From positions 85,934,001-85,998,000 of the forward strand of contig OZ076409.1 in the NCBI GenBank assembly GCA_964187785.1: a stretch of DNA of 64,000 nt, in the 5' to 3' direction. Source of the DNA: Amphiscolops sp. MND2022. Lineage: Eukaryota. Each line of letters starts with the position of its first letter. The stretch's first letter is position 1. Positions 38,031 through 49,500 of this stretch are shown piece by piece. The notes beneath the pieces are model-generated. The model was given only the letters and a program-made list of their open reading frames with translations, did no database searches and was not told where the DNA came from. The position numbers and the translations under genes were made by a program.

Positions 38031-41000
38031 TTAACATTCAAAACCTGGAAAAAACCAAAACAGTCAATGAGCATAATGTCAATTCGACTTTGTTGTGAGA
38101 TTGGAACATCTAGTACAAAATCATAAATGATTCCAAAATGTTAAAGTGGAAAAGAATTGTTTTCGAATCATGTTTAAAGCAGACACAGAAAAAAGCCAAG
38201 ATAGTTATGGCTCGCTATTTTCCACCACGGTTTCTGCTAATGGTCATTGGTGTTGGCCATACTGCCTACAAAAGGTCGAAAAAACACTGATGTTTTGAGA
38301 ACAGAAAGTCATAGAAAAGTATATGTCATTTATGATTCGGTTTGTGCTACTAGTAAAACAAGCTTCCCGATAAAAATTCAAAATTGATGCATCTTTTCAA
38401 AATAAAATTCAATTTTTGTTTGGATTGAAAATGTACATACACTTCTTGCATGATTTGGGACATGTAAATTGATAGAACGCGTCGTCACAAGAAGGAGTTG
38501 GGGGGAGGGCGTTCTTCTTGCCCAGGGCGTCCAAAGCACCTGAATCTGCCAATGCTTTGTACTCTGGGATGAACTTCTTATCAGTGAGAGCAGGGCAGAA
38601 TCGGTGGTAGTCATCGCAATTATGGTCACAAGGCAAAGCTGAATGAAGCAAGTTTTGAATTTTTAGAGTCTCTAAGATGATTTTTCAACACCCGCCAAAC
38701 GTTCGAAACAAAACGGAAAACGAACTATGTTTATTATAAATTGCTTCTAAACCAACTTTGAAAACGATAGATCAAGAAACTCACTACGTAGTTTTTGCTG
38801 GAAAAAGAAATTATACAAAGGGCAGTTTCCTTTTTGTACTAGTTTTTCCGTTTATTTCTTTGTTGTTGTACTTGTTGTAGTCTCAACTCAAGCTTATATC
38901 CATTGTGAGACTCAACTGGTACATTTTGAACTTTGTATGAATTTCAATTTCAATGCAGGAATGGAAAAACTTCAGTTTTGTCCAGGTTGGAGAATCTACT
39001 TTTTTCATGAAAGGAATTTTGTCATCCATTTTAAGAGCCGCTTGTATGAATATGTCAGCATATGTACATTGATTTTGTATTTAATAGAATGGATATGGGC
39101 TACTACTGTGATAACTTCGTAATGGAATCAAATGATTTTTCACCACCAATATGGTTCAATCTGTTCCATATGGAAAATTGCTCAAAATCAATACCCTCGA
39201 ATAGTTTCTTGCTGAGCCAAGATGAACTATCTAGTTCATCTTGGCTCAGCAAGAAACTATTCGAGGGTGTTAATTTTGAGCAATTTTTCATCAACAATGT
39301 GACATGAAGAGAAAGATACCGACTTTACTAAATACTATTCTTACCTTTGCCAATGATCTCAACTTCACAGAACTGCAAGCAGTCATTTTTCTGTGACAGT
39401 CTCAGTACATTGCCTCGGAGAGGGCCGTTTTCGCAAGCGATTGTAGCCCATTGTCCTTTGCCAGTTACTGGTGCATGTCCACAGAGGTGACAAAATCCGT
39501 TTTTGTTACATACTTCGATTTTGGTGTTTGTCAATCGAGATTCTGAAAAAATCTATCCCTTGGAAAGTTTCGTTCCGAGTCATTCAAAACATCTACATTT
39601 TGAGGACATAAATCTTGTTCTGGCACGGTATTTAATCAAGAGTCGAATGGGTTACCAGACAAAAGCGCTCCTATCAAATAAGTCTCAAGTTTCAATTACC
39701 GTCACGGTCCTTCTGTACGGTACTTCTGTTGATACTACCTCTGAGAAGAAGAAGAAGAAGAAGAGAAGAAGAAGAAGACGAAAAAGAAAAGTCATAACCT
39801 TAACCACTATTTGTAATCGAGTTTTATGCTAACTAGAAAGAACTTCATCATCCCTCGTTAGCGGTGTTCTTGTGGTACTCACCAGCGGCATCTGCTCGGT
39901 TCAGCAGTTTCACGTGGGTGACAGACGAGGGGGTGATGTCCATGTTTGCGTACGCGTCCTGACAGAAGGCCGAGCAATAGCATGTGTTGGGGGTCTGGGC
40001 TTGGCCAGCTGTGGAGTAACCGTTTGTGAGCACCCAACCCGTAGACCATGCATTAGAGCCCTCGCCTCCAAGAACGGAAATAGGTGTTCGTGCAAGTTCC
40101 AAATCTAAATCAAAGACTGTCTTTGAGTTTCGGGCCTTTGATATATTGTTGAAAAGTTATTGTTGTAATAGTTATCTTTGTTTGTCTGCCCAAAACTTGA
40201 GAGCAAACTTTCGTTAAAGCACACTATCGAACTGAGAAAAAAAACAAAATGTGTGAAACGAAAAAAGAACACATCATTATAGAAGCCTAAAATTTATTAT
40301 GTGATTTAAATTCAGATGGATCATCGATTAAAATCTTGAAAACTATCTTGAATAAATTGTAAAAAGTTGAATGATTTGCTCAAGAATTCGAAGCAAAAAC
40401 AACTTTCGAAGCTTTTTCAGTCCTGATGTAGTTCTTGCCGTTAGAAAGTGTTCAACAAGCTTTCCAACGAGCCGGTAAAAGGAGTACCGGACAATCAATA
40501 CCTGCTGAAGTTTATCGTCAGTTGGTACTTAATGAAATTCTATCAATCAGCGGAATGAACGCCGAATTTGAATCGGGAAAGAAGAAATTGACGATAATGA
40601 AAAAATCGATTGTGAGAAGTGTGACATCTCTGAAAGAAACGGATCTAACTGGACTCAGACCAAACCGGAGGAAGACCTAAACTTCCACACCGACTGAGAT
40701 ATACCAACCACAAGTTTATCACTTGGTAAATTCGGAAGATTTGACTTTTTTTTCTCAATATATCTCGCAATATCTGACAGAAACCTTTTCCGATAGAGAA
40801 TTCTGAGAACCGCATATTAACGCTTCAAAATGATCACATAATCCGAAGTCTTCAAAACTGTCTTCATAGAAACATTTCTTTGAAAGAGTTACAACTGCTT
40901 TTGACTGTTTATATTTCACGACATCTTCTCCAGGAAAAGTGTTAGATAAAAAACTTGAAGAACATTGTCAAGGTTGAAAAGTTGTTGGCGGGAGTGTGTT

Positions 41001-41855
41001 TTCAGACCAGTAAGTTACTGGATATTGCCTTGGTAAACATTCTTTCAAAATGCAAGTTGACATAATTGGATTGCAAGAAATTAGATCATTGTATTTCTTA
41101 TCAACATTCGAGAGATTTTTGATTTTGAGACCTTTTTATGTCCAATGGGTGTCCAAAGGAGAAATGCGCTCTCAATTTTTTCGTCTTTTAGTTTTTTTAT
41201 ACCAAAATGTGAGTAATTTTTAGTACAAGTCTAAGCGAGTCGTTTCATTGCCATCTGTTAACTGGTAATTTTTTTCATGCCTTATTCCAGGCTCAGATTT
41301 TGATTTTGGTCTACTCGTCGTCAATGAAACAAAATAATTTCATGAGGTTGCGAAAACAATTTCTGAAAAAATATCTGAGTTATATCTCTTGACAGATGAT
41401 CAAATTTGTCGGAATGACGCATTGAATGAGGGAAGAATTATGTGGACTGAAACGTACCGGACACATAAAAGGTGCAATTGTAACGGAAAACACACAGAAA
41501 ATATATCTATAATTTTTCTTTGCATGACGGTGGCGAATTTCAATCATTCACCTCAGAAACAATTGGATCACTGGAACTAATAGACTTAAGATTTAGATGG
41601 GGCTTGCTTTCCGATGTTCAGAAGACTCTTGTTGAACTATCATTTAGTAGTACTCACTCTCGCCAAGAATGTAGACCTCACAGAAGTCGACAGTCTCAGT
41701 AGGGTTGTGAAGTTTGATTTGGTTTCCTTTCAGCGGCCCATCGGCACAGTCTAGTTTACACCAAGCGCTGGGTGTGGTATCGGGGCAGTTCCCACAGTGC
41801 TGACAGTTTGCTTTGTCTTGACACACGAATGCCTGTAGTGTCTTCATACGCGTAG
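38031..41855 (-). CDS. 3' exons of an extracellular-type protein: two F-type lectin (FTP/discoidin-like) domains and a ShKT-like domain
   Basis: Exons 41658-41855, 39883-40104, 39345-39542, 38441-38638 and 38031-38044 have canonical splice sites. Motifs VKLLNRAD, FCEVEIIG / FCEVYILG and C..CPKSCKKC. 5' exons not found. Confidence 0.7.
39171..39290. repeat. ~120-bp hairpin / inverted repeat
   Basis: Perfect 37-bp arms (39193-39229 / 39232-39268) with a 2-nt loop, extended by imperfect outer arms. Confidence 0.9.
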
Positions 41856-42018
41856 CTAGTTTAAAGAAAACAGGTTTGTGCCCACCCTATTTGAAACTGT
41901 TTGACAGTTTTACTAGTTTTCGTATAATTATGTTGCTGACCATTTTTCATGCTTTTAAAGAATTCTCATGGAAACTTCCATGCATTGAATCTTCACAGTT
42001 TCAATTGAAGTTTATTAA

Positions 42019-42611
42019 CCCCAATCGACCTGGGCGTTTTTTAAAATTTTCGAAAAATTTGCCAAAAAAAATTCAAACATCAATATCTCCACAACTACGC
42101 GTACCAGAGGAACGAACTATAGCGCGTTTGAAAGGTCTGATACTGGGCTTTCAATTTGGTCAGGCGAGCCCCTGTCGCCGCGCGCCCCTTCCTTCAGAAT
42201 TTTAGTCTCTTTTTTTTCGGTACCGCCGCTTCGCGTCAGTTCCGCACTTCGTGCGGCCCGCTGCGCGGCGGCTTGTAATAACAACAGAATATTATAGGGG
42301 TTTGTTGCACCAGGACTTGTCGTGGAAGGGTATGTGGTTGGTTTTTTCTATTGATCAAAGACTTTTGAGAAAACAGGATTTCGTCGAAATCTGAATTTTT
42401 AGAAAATATAACATTTTTTGTGCAAAAAACCCATTTTTCTCAGCTTTGGAGATATATTCCCTTTTTCTAATGCTTGTGCCATTCAAATCAATCTAGGTAC
42501 CACTTACTTGTTGAAAAAAAACTGTGCTAGAGAAAATGGGCTATTGGCAAAAGGAATCAGAATTTGGAAAAAAAGGTAGGCTGCTTTGAAGCATCACTAG
42601 GTTCATTGGGG
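42019..42611. mobile_element. piggyBac-like MITE, same family as 26511-27050
   Basis: TTAA|CCCCAATCGACCTGG ... CTAGGTTCATTGGGG|TTAA. Confidence 0.85.
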
Positions 42612-42845
42612 TTAAGATGCCTAAAAAGTGAATCCTAAGCGCCAATTCGAAGCCACGAAGTTTCAGGTTTCATTAAGAAGCAGATCCGATCTTGAATGCA
42701 GCAAGTTGACCTAATCAATTTTACCGCCATTTCTATGCAAAAACTTCAGTCTTGCTATGAATTTGAAAGAAGCGTCATATTCAGCTTGCACTTTGACTAA
42801 TCGTAAACTGTTGTTCCCAAGCGCGCTCCCAGAGTTTTACATGTC

Positions 42846-43108
42846 TTTTTAGTCGGCGCCTTTTCCCTGAAGGAAAAAAGCCCGACTAATACAGTGGGTA
42901 GTTTTTAGTCGGCGCCTTTTCCTTTAAGGAAAAAAGCCCGACTATTACAGTTGCTAGTTTTTTTTTTCTTTTTCGTCAGACCACAGAGCTCATCGCGTAT
43001 GTACCACTTTTTACAGAAACTGATAAGTTTACTCAGGCCAAGTTCGACCAATGCAAACTTACTGCGAAGGGTCCCCCTTTCGTTTTTCACCTTTTTTACG
43101 TAACCTAC
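42846..43108 (+). mobile_element. 5' half of a Helentron/HINE-like element, interrupted by the LTR element
   Basis: TTTTTAGTCGGCGCC start (duplicated). Matches the reverse complement of 16500-16758 up to TAACCTAC. Confidence 0.7.
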
Positions 43109-44835
43109 TGTCATGAACAGGACGGGCAGATGGTCCACCAGATCGGTATCCATCATTCTGTTCATTTCTACAGTCGGCCTTAGCGTTTGGAATTCGCTGT
43201 TCTTCGGCATTTGCTTCCGGTCTCTCAACTGGGACTTCCCATCCCCTTCTGGTCTCTCGGCCTGATCCAACCATTATGACAATCTGTATTTGAGGCAATA
43301 CTTGACTGCTAATAGCCTCATTAATGGCCCTTTGGACCAGCGTATCAACATTACTCATCATTTCATCCATCTCACGGGATATCCTAGAGTTCAATTCGCT
43401 AGACAACCTGTTTATCTCAGCTAGTGAGTTTGCTTCAGCTGAGTTTTGACCAAGATCGGCACTTGTCCTAGGTTCATCATTTCTACAATTTGAAAACAGG
43501 CTTTCGCCCTCGTTGTCTAAGTTATTACTCATGATACTTTCTCTCCTTCTAACGGAGTTACTGTCTAAACTCCTTTCTCTTTCAGTTCCATTGTAACGAT
43601 CGCCTCCTAACATTATATCTAGATTTTCGATATCAGAAAGGATCTCTAGTCCTCTGGACTTTCTAGCCTTCTTTTGTTTTCTTGTAGTAGGCATAAGGAA
43701 AACTTCGAGTATAAAATTGAATTAGATTATATCTCGAAAATAACAGTGAAACCGTTTGTACTAATATGATAGTCTTTTCAGAAGAGAGCAAATTAAGAAG
43801 TGTCTCCTCTCTCAAAGGCACGGGTATTTATACCCCCGAAAGAGTGACACTCTCATTCTTTACATTCTTTGACTAAGACAATATCATATGACTGCATTTC
43901 TGATGGTCACGGGATGAACGCTATCCATTCCAAATATTATACATCAAAGGAACAATCATTCAACCGTTAGCATCGTTTACATATTTGGCAAAATATTTTC
44001 ATTGAACAAGTATTTGTTGATGTAAGTGCACATACTTTAGCACATGGCAGCACAACAAATATAATTAGTCTAAATACCTTTCATGGGTACAATGGCAAAA
44101 GGCCTGTTAAGGCAATAACATCAAATTTCATGCAACAGGGTTATACTAGAGCAAAATCGGGCATTTATTTGTTAATAACACAACAAAGCATTAAATAGCA
44201 CTTCAAATTGATACTTCATGATTAACAAAGCCTACTACTAAATAAATATTACTACATGAAATTAGCATCAAATACAAGTGCTTTGTTCATTGTAGACTAA
44301 ATAGCCGGATTAGGCCGCCTGCCTGAACTGCATTAATAGCACACTCGTCTAGATTGTACAAAGGCCATAATCGGCAAAGGAGAATAAAGCGTACAAAATG
44401 AAGGCATCTGATTGGCTAATAGAGTGAGCGCAAGTGACGCTAGCAAGAAAGTACAGAGGACCATTTGAACACGTTTCCGTACTTTCTCTAAGTTGATTGC
44501 TGTTATCTCCGATTAATACTTCATTGCATTTACAAAACAACAGCACAACACACACAATCTATGTTAACGGACTAATATACAATTAACATTCAAAACTAAG
44601 GTTGTCTGTAAATAAATAACAAGCACATTTTTGGTTCGGGAATAAGGAATATGTCCCAGTACGGCCCTTTCGGGTAGTTTTTAAAATAACAAGGCAACAA
44701 GATACATAAACAATGAAAAAGTTTAAAGAAAAGTTTCAGTTTACTTTTAATAAATGGGTAGGGTCCCAGGAGCCACATCTTGGCCAACAGCTGTTGTTGA
44801 AATTCTAGTTCCGTCACAGGCGGCAGCCTGCGACA
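43109..44835 (-). repeat. 3' LTR (1727 bp)
   Basis: Direct repeat of 57399-59120, very high identity by eye. Termini TGTCATG..GCGACA. Confidence 0.97.
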
Positions 44836-45517
44836 CAGCGGGTGCGATGAAAAGAAGACTGCCAGCATTGAGGCCGTTGATGTAAGCCTCCTTTCTGAGA
44901 GCTGTTATGTACGCCGGTTCGCTTCTAGGCGTTAAAGCTTCCATATAGCGAGTCACCTTTATTGCCTTTATTTCGTCTACTGACTTTCCACAGACCATGC
45001 AACTCGTACACCTCTGGGTACTGATGTCCGTGTAAGGAAGCTCATTCTGAATATGGAAAGAGGCGTGAAATCCACTGTTTTCAGGCTGTAATAGCGGCGT
45101 GTCCATTGACGGCCCCCTCTCATGGGCAAGGGGAGATAGTGGAGACTCTAGAACTGGCAGAATCGTCTTGCACAGTTCTATCCTCCTTTTTGTGTTGCCT
45201 CTAGTTGGAGCATAGCAAAGTTTCTCATCAAAGTATTTCTTGTCTAGCTTTGGCGTGGTCTGCATGTTGGGCGACACAGTACTGGGGCCAGACTCATCAC
45301 TTGCCGTAGTTAGTTTTCTTCCTGCTATGGGTATTGGCCGGGCTTGGACTTGAGTTTCAACTCTCCTCACCAGCTCCTCTGTGTCCGTTGACCAATCTGA
45401 GTCCCATCCTTCGGATGTTTCCTCGTCGCTACTGATATAGATTACAGAGTTATTTGATGAGTCCGAGCTAAAGTCAAGAGAACCAAAGAGCTTTCTCACT
45501 TTGTTGAATTTCTCCAT
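44747..45517 (-). CDS. Accessory ORF (256 aa) overlapping the 3' LTR; SIM-like acidic motif and Cys cluster
   Basis: Intact ATG-to-TAA ORF with VIYISSDEE and CTSCMVC. A homologue of the C-terminus is conserved at 61527-61616. Confidence 0.75.
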   Translation of the reverse strand: MEKFNKVRKLFGSLDFSSDSSNNSVIYISSDEETSEGWDSDWSTDTEELVRRVETQVQARPIPIAGRKLTTASDESGPSTVSPNMQTTPKLDKKYFDEKLCYAPTRGNTKRRIELCKTILPVLESPLSPLAHERGPSMDTPLLQPENSGFHASFHIQNELPYTDISTQRCTSCMVCGKSVDEIKAIKVTRYMEALTPRSEPAYITALRKEAYINGLNAGSLLFIAPAVSQAAACDGTRISTTAVGQDVAPGTLPIY

Positions 45518-46572
45518 TATCAGTTTTTTTGCAATTTTGTAGGTTTTCTAGTCAACTTGTCGTGAGCGGGTTTGAAATCAGAATGAGCTTATCACCTCCC
45601 CAAATTCCGAGTTAGGACTTTTCCCGAAGTTTCCAATTTAGCGGGAGAATCTTAGGTTGATTGCCCCGATTCATCGTAAACTTTTCTGAATGGAATTCCT
45701 AAACGGGGTTGGCGGCTCCGATTAAATTGATGTTTGTCCTTCATCCAAGCCATCATCAAAGTAGGTGTAAGCAGCACTTAAGTTGTTGATATCAAATATC
45801 TTCACCTCAAGTGGGTAATCAACGGCTTGCTTCAGAGCAATTAACAGCACGCGTCGCTAAATACTTTCAACATGGCTTCAGCCAATCAGAGTTAAGCTCT
45901 GATAAATTGAAAAATTAAATAATAAAATGGCGAAAATAATAATCAAAATAATTCAAAATGGCGGATTTTTTAACCAAGAATTACTAAGATAACTGAACGA
46001 AACGATAAAGTGCAACTGGTCAAACGGCCGGAATAGGCCACTAACTAAGTAAGCTGTAAATAACAAAGTTTTTTGTACACTTCGCTGGTAGACTCCATGT
46101 ACAGAATAAAAATGTAGATAATCCCATAATATTAGTCTGGTAATAATCTTCAGCCACGAACTCCAACTTTTAGTAATTCTTTTACTCATTCAATTCCTGA
46201 TTTAATTCCAATTATTGTTTCATTTATCCTTTCATTTGCAATTTAATCTTCATCTTCATCGTCAATTTCGTCTCGGTGACTGCATCGGACCACGTCCTGC
46301 TTCACCGCAGATTCTTTCCCCTTGCTTCATCCCCGAGCACTTCTAATTCCCCCTTTTCAACAACGTCCGAATCGGGACTGTATCCAAGTGGACCGTTTCA
46401 ACAGAATGTCTTCTAATACAGGTTGGTTTGATTTTCTCCTACTTTGAACTAGTTCAACTTGATCAAGGTCGAATTTGTTCACAAAACGCTTCCTGTATCC
46501 ACTAATGAACACGTGATAAACCGTTTCATTCAAATTTTCAAAACACTTCCGGAAGTTTTCTAATGCGGCGTA
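45518..46572. promoter_or_regulatory. Putative internal bidirectional promoter region
   Basis: Lies between divergent start codons (45517 minus, 46573 plus). Contains AGCCAATCAG (~45880) and two AAAATGGCG motifs (~45925, ~45956). Confidence 0.4.
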
Positions 46573-49500
46573 ATGGATTTCTTTCAAGGAAGCTCACCGC
46601 CAAATTTCATCTCTTTCTGTTTAGATAACCAGAATCCTGATGAACCTCAAGTTCAAACCACCAACACAACTGACAATTCTGCCGGGGCTATTCAACGCCC
46701 AGTCCCCATTTTCATGTCTGGATATGTTCCTGGAGCTAATCCTTCACCGCCTCCTTTCCCTCCAATCAGGGCTGCCCGTGAACAGACCGAGCATATGGCT
46801 GTAGACTCTTCCTTCCACAACGAGAGCAACGCCGATGTCACCGCCTATGCAGATCAGGAGTCTCAGAGGATGGAGACCATACAAGGACTTACTGAAGCCG
46901 ATTCTGCTAGTAACGTTAAAGAGGGTCCTATTACGGCCCAAGGCCAATTAGTCCAAATTGCAGTCCAGGGTGCTGAATTTGTACGATCTAGCACACCTAA
47001 TCCACCAAATCAGTCAGGGACTTCAGTAGATAGTCTCACCCAACTTGAATCCTGACTTTCAGTGGCGCCGAAGATGAGCACAGGTTTTCCCGAGTTACAA
47101 GTCCTCCAAGATCAGACACAAGAGATGCCTGAAGTCTCATTCTTACAGTCTGAAGGGGATGCCTCCTCTTCTATCATAGAACCTCCTCCACTTCCTGGGA
47201 GGAAAGACCAAGTTGAAGATATTGGTGAGTTCAGTGATGCCAATCAAACATCAGAAAACGTCAGTCAAGCTGAGTGCCCTCCATTATATGCTATGAACCC
47301 TTTAGACTCTACACAGCAATCAGAAACTGGAGGTGAATCAGGCTCAGAAGTTCACGATCCGGGCCAACCTGGCACATCCAGAGCTGGCCAATCAGGTCAA
47401 AACGACACCTTGCGAGATTTGTCAGGGCGAAGTCGAGCCACCCTGAAGCAGTACTTCGAGACCGAGGACCCTTATACCTTTCCGGTCGGACAAAGAGTCG
47501 TCGCATTTACTGAGCCACAAGTTTACCACTTGCTCCGGGTTTTAACCGATGAGGCCATCAACATGACTTGTTCGACCATGGAAAGGATGGTAATTGGAGC
47601 TGTCAGAGGAACACCCGCAACAGCCCCCTCGAGGACAGAAAAGTTTCAGACCCGGGCCCGCTCGTCCACTCCTGGTCCCAATTTACCTGCTAGATCCGGT
47701 TCTGAAGGAACTTTGACTGAATTCGGGTCGGGATATGAGTCACAGACTGACATGAGTCTGCTCCAGAACGTCAGTGATTTCCTTGATCCCAACGAGAGTG
47801 ACAGTTCTACTGAAATGGCTCTCATCAACCAGACTCTCGGAATTGCAGATCCCAGGGGTTCTCCTCAAACGCCCCAGCCAGCGCAGCCACAAGATTCTTC
47901 TGAGGAGGGAGCTGAGACAGGTGAAAAGGGTAGCCTCGACATTAACCTCTCTGAGATCCGGAATAGGACGCCTACCCAGAGGTCCCGAAAAAGTACCACA
48001 ACTGCTAAATCAGCCAAAGTGAAAAAGGTTTCCAGGCGAGGCGTACCCATGAGGGAGGAGTTTCTTTCCAAAATCGGGTGGACGAGATCTTTTATCTCTG
48101 GGCCCTCTGATCCCCTCCACAATCCACACATGGTATGGTGCCACATGTGTAAAAAGAATTTTAGTATAAAAACCAAGGGCACCGTTGAAATCCTGCGCCA
48201 TCACAGGACCGAAAAACATTTACGCCGAGACCAGAGGTGGAGGTATGAACACCTCAAAACAGTGGATCTTGTGACTGGGAAAGTTCAGCATCGCGTCAGG
48301 GGGAAGAATGGCAAAATTCTTAGTAAGAAGGACCTCGCTGATGAGCTACCCAGGTTCATACACACGGAGCTCGTTGACGTTGGAGAAAGAAATCCATTCT
48401 ACGAGGATTATCTGCAAGGCCACACTTCCGCTCCCATCACTCCACAGTCCCGATTGCGAACACAGATATGTCTTTTGGGAGACTTCATCCAAAGTTCTGG
48501 AGATTTGGCACTGCTTCGAAAACTGTGGGCGAGAGTTGGAAGTTACACTGAGTTTCAGTCAGCTTTCCAGGACTTCAATTGGAATGAGGACAACATCATG
48601 GTAAGATCTCTCAGTTGTTTTCCAAAAAGTTGAACCAGGTGGTAGGGAAGGGTCAGGAAAGTGACGTCATGTTATTCATCCAATTTTGTTCCGTTTCAGG
48701 CCATCTTCCAACACGTCTTCAATTGCCTGATGGAGGACGTAGCTGAACAGGTCTCCGCCTCCCAGCATTTTGGAGTTGAGTTTGAGAAGAGAGGGGCTAA
48801 TCGCTTTATGTCCCTGCGGTTCTGGAAAGGAGCGAAACTCTGCCGCCTATTCATCTGCAGAAGTGGCCTCACTGGCGCTGGACTCACCGAGGAACTGGGC
48901 TCCCTATCTCGACTGTTATCCGTCGTATCGACTGCTCCTGACATAGTTGCGATCTCAGGTTGCGCTGTCGACCTGATCAGGACGGTGGACCATCACCCAG
49001 CCTATCCGCGAGGGGTTCAAAGTTGCTTCCGCTTCGAACTGCTAAACTTGCGTACCTTGATGCACAAGGGGAACTACAGTGTGTTTGGGCACATAGACAT
49101 GTTTTCCGTTCTCCAAAGTCTCTTAGTCTCACTCGGAGGATGCCTATCTGAAGACTGGGTTTCAGAGTCACCTGAACTTGTCCGAGTGAGTCTAGTTTGT
49201 GCATTTGATTTACATTACACTGGTAGGGGGTGGTAAGCAACTTCAGTTGAAATTCCAATCCTGAGGATTACTTTGTTTAGGCAATCACGACCTGCAGACT
49301 AGAAGTGGAGAAAATTCCTGAACTCTGCCGAACCTTGTCGAAGAAGTGGAAAACAATCCTCCGCTATCTTACAGTCCATTCATCTCGCCAAGAGAATCAA
49401 GGAGTGCACAATAAGGTTATGAACTTCAAGTGGCATTTTCTTTACATAAGGAATCGTAGTAATTGCTTTCCTTGCATTATCGTTGATGGGTAAGTCTCAA

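Noticed and set aside
39503..39832. ORF with a poly-K/R tract
   Set aside because: It derives from an intronic (GAA)n microsatellite on the strand opposite the lectin gene.
43059..43694. Separate 211-aa gene
   Set aside because: It is the LTR-borne duplicate of the gag N-terminus running into flanking DNA.
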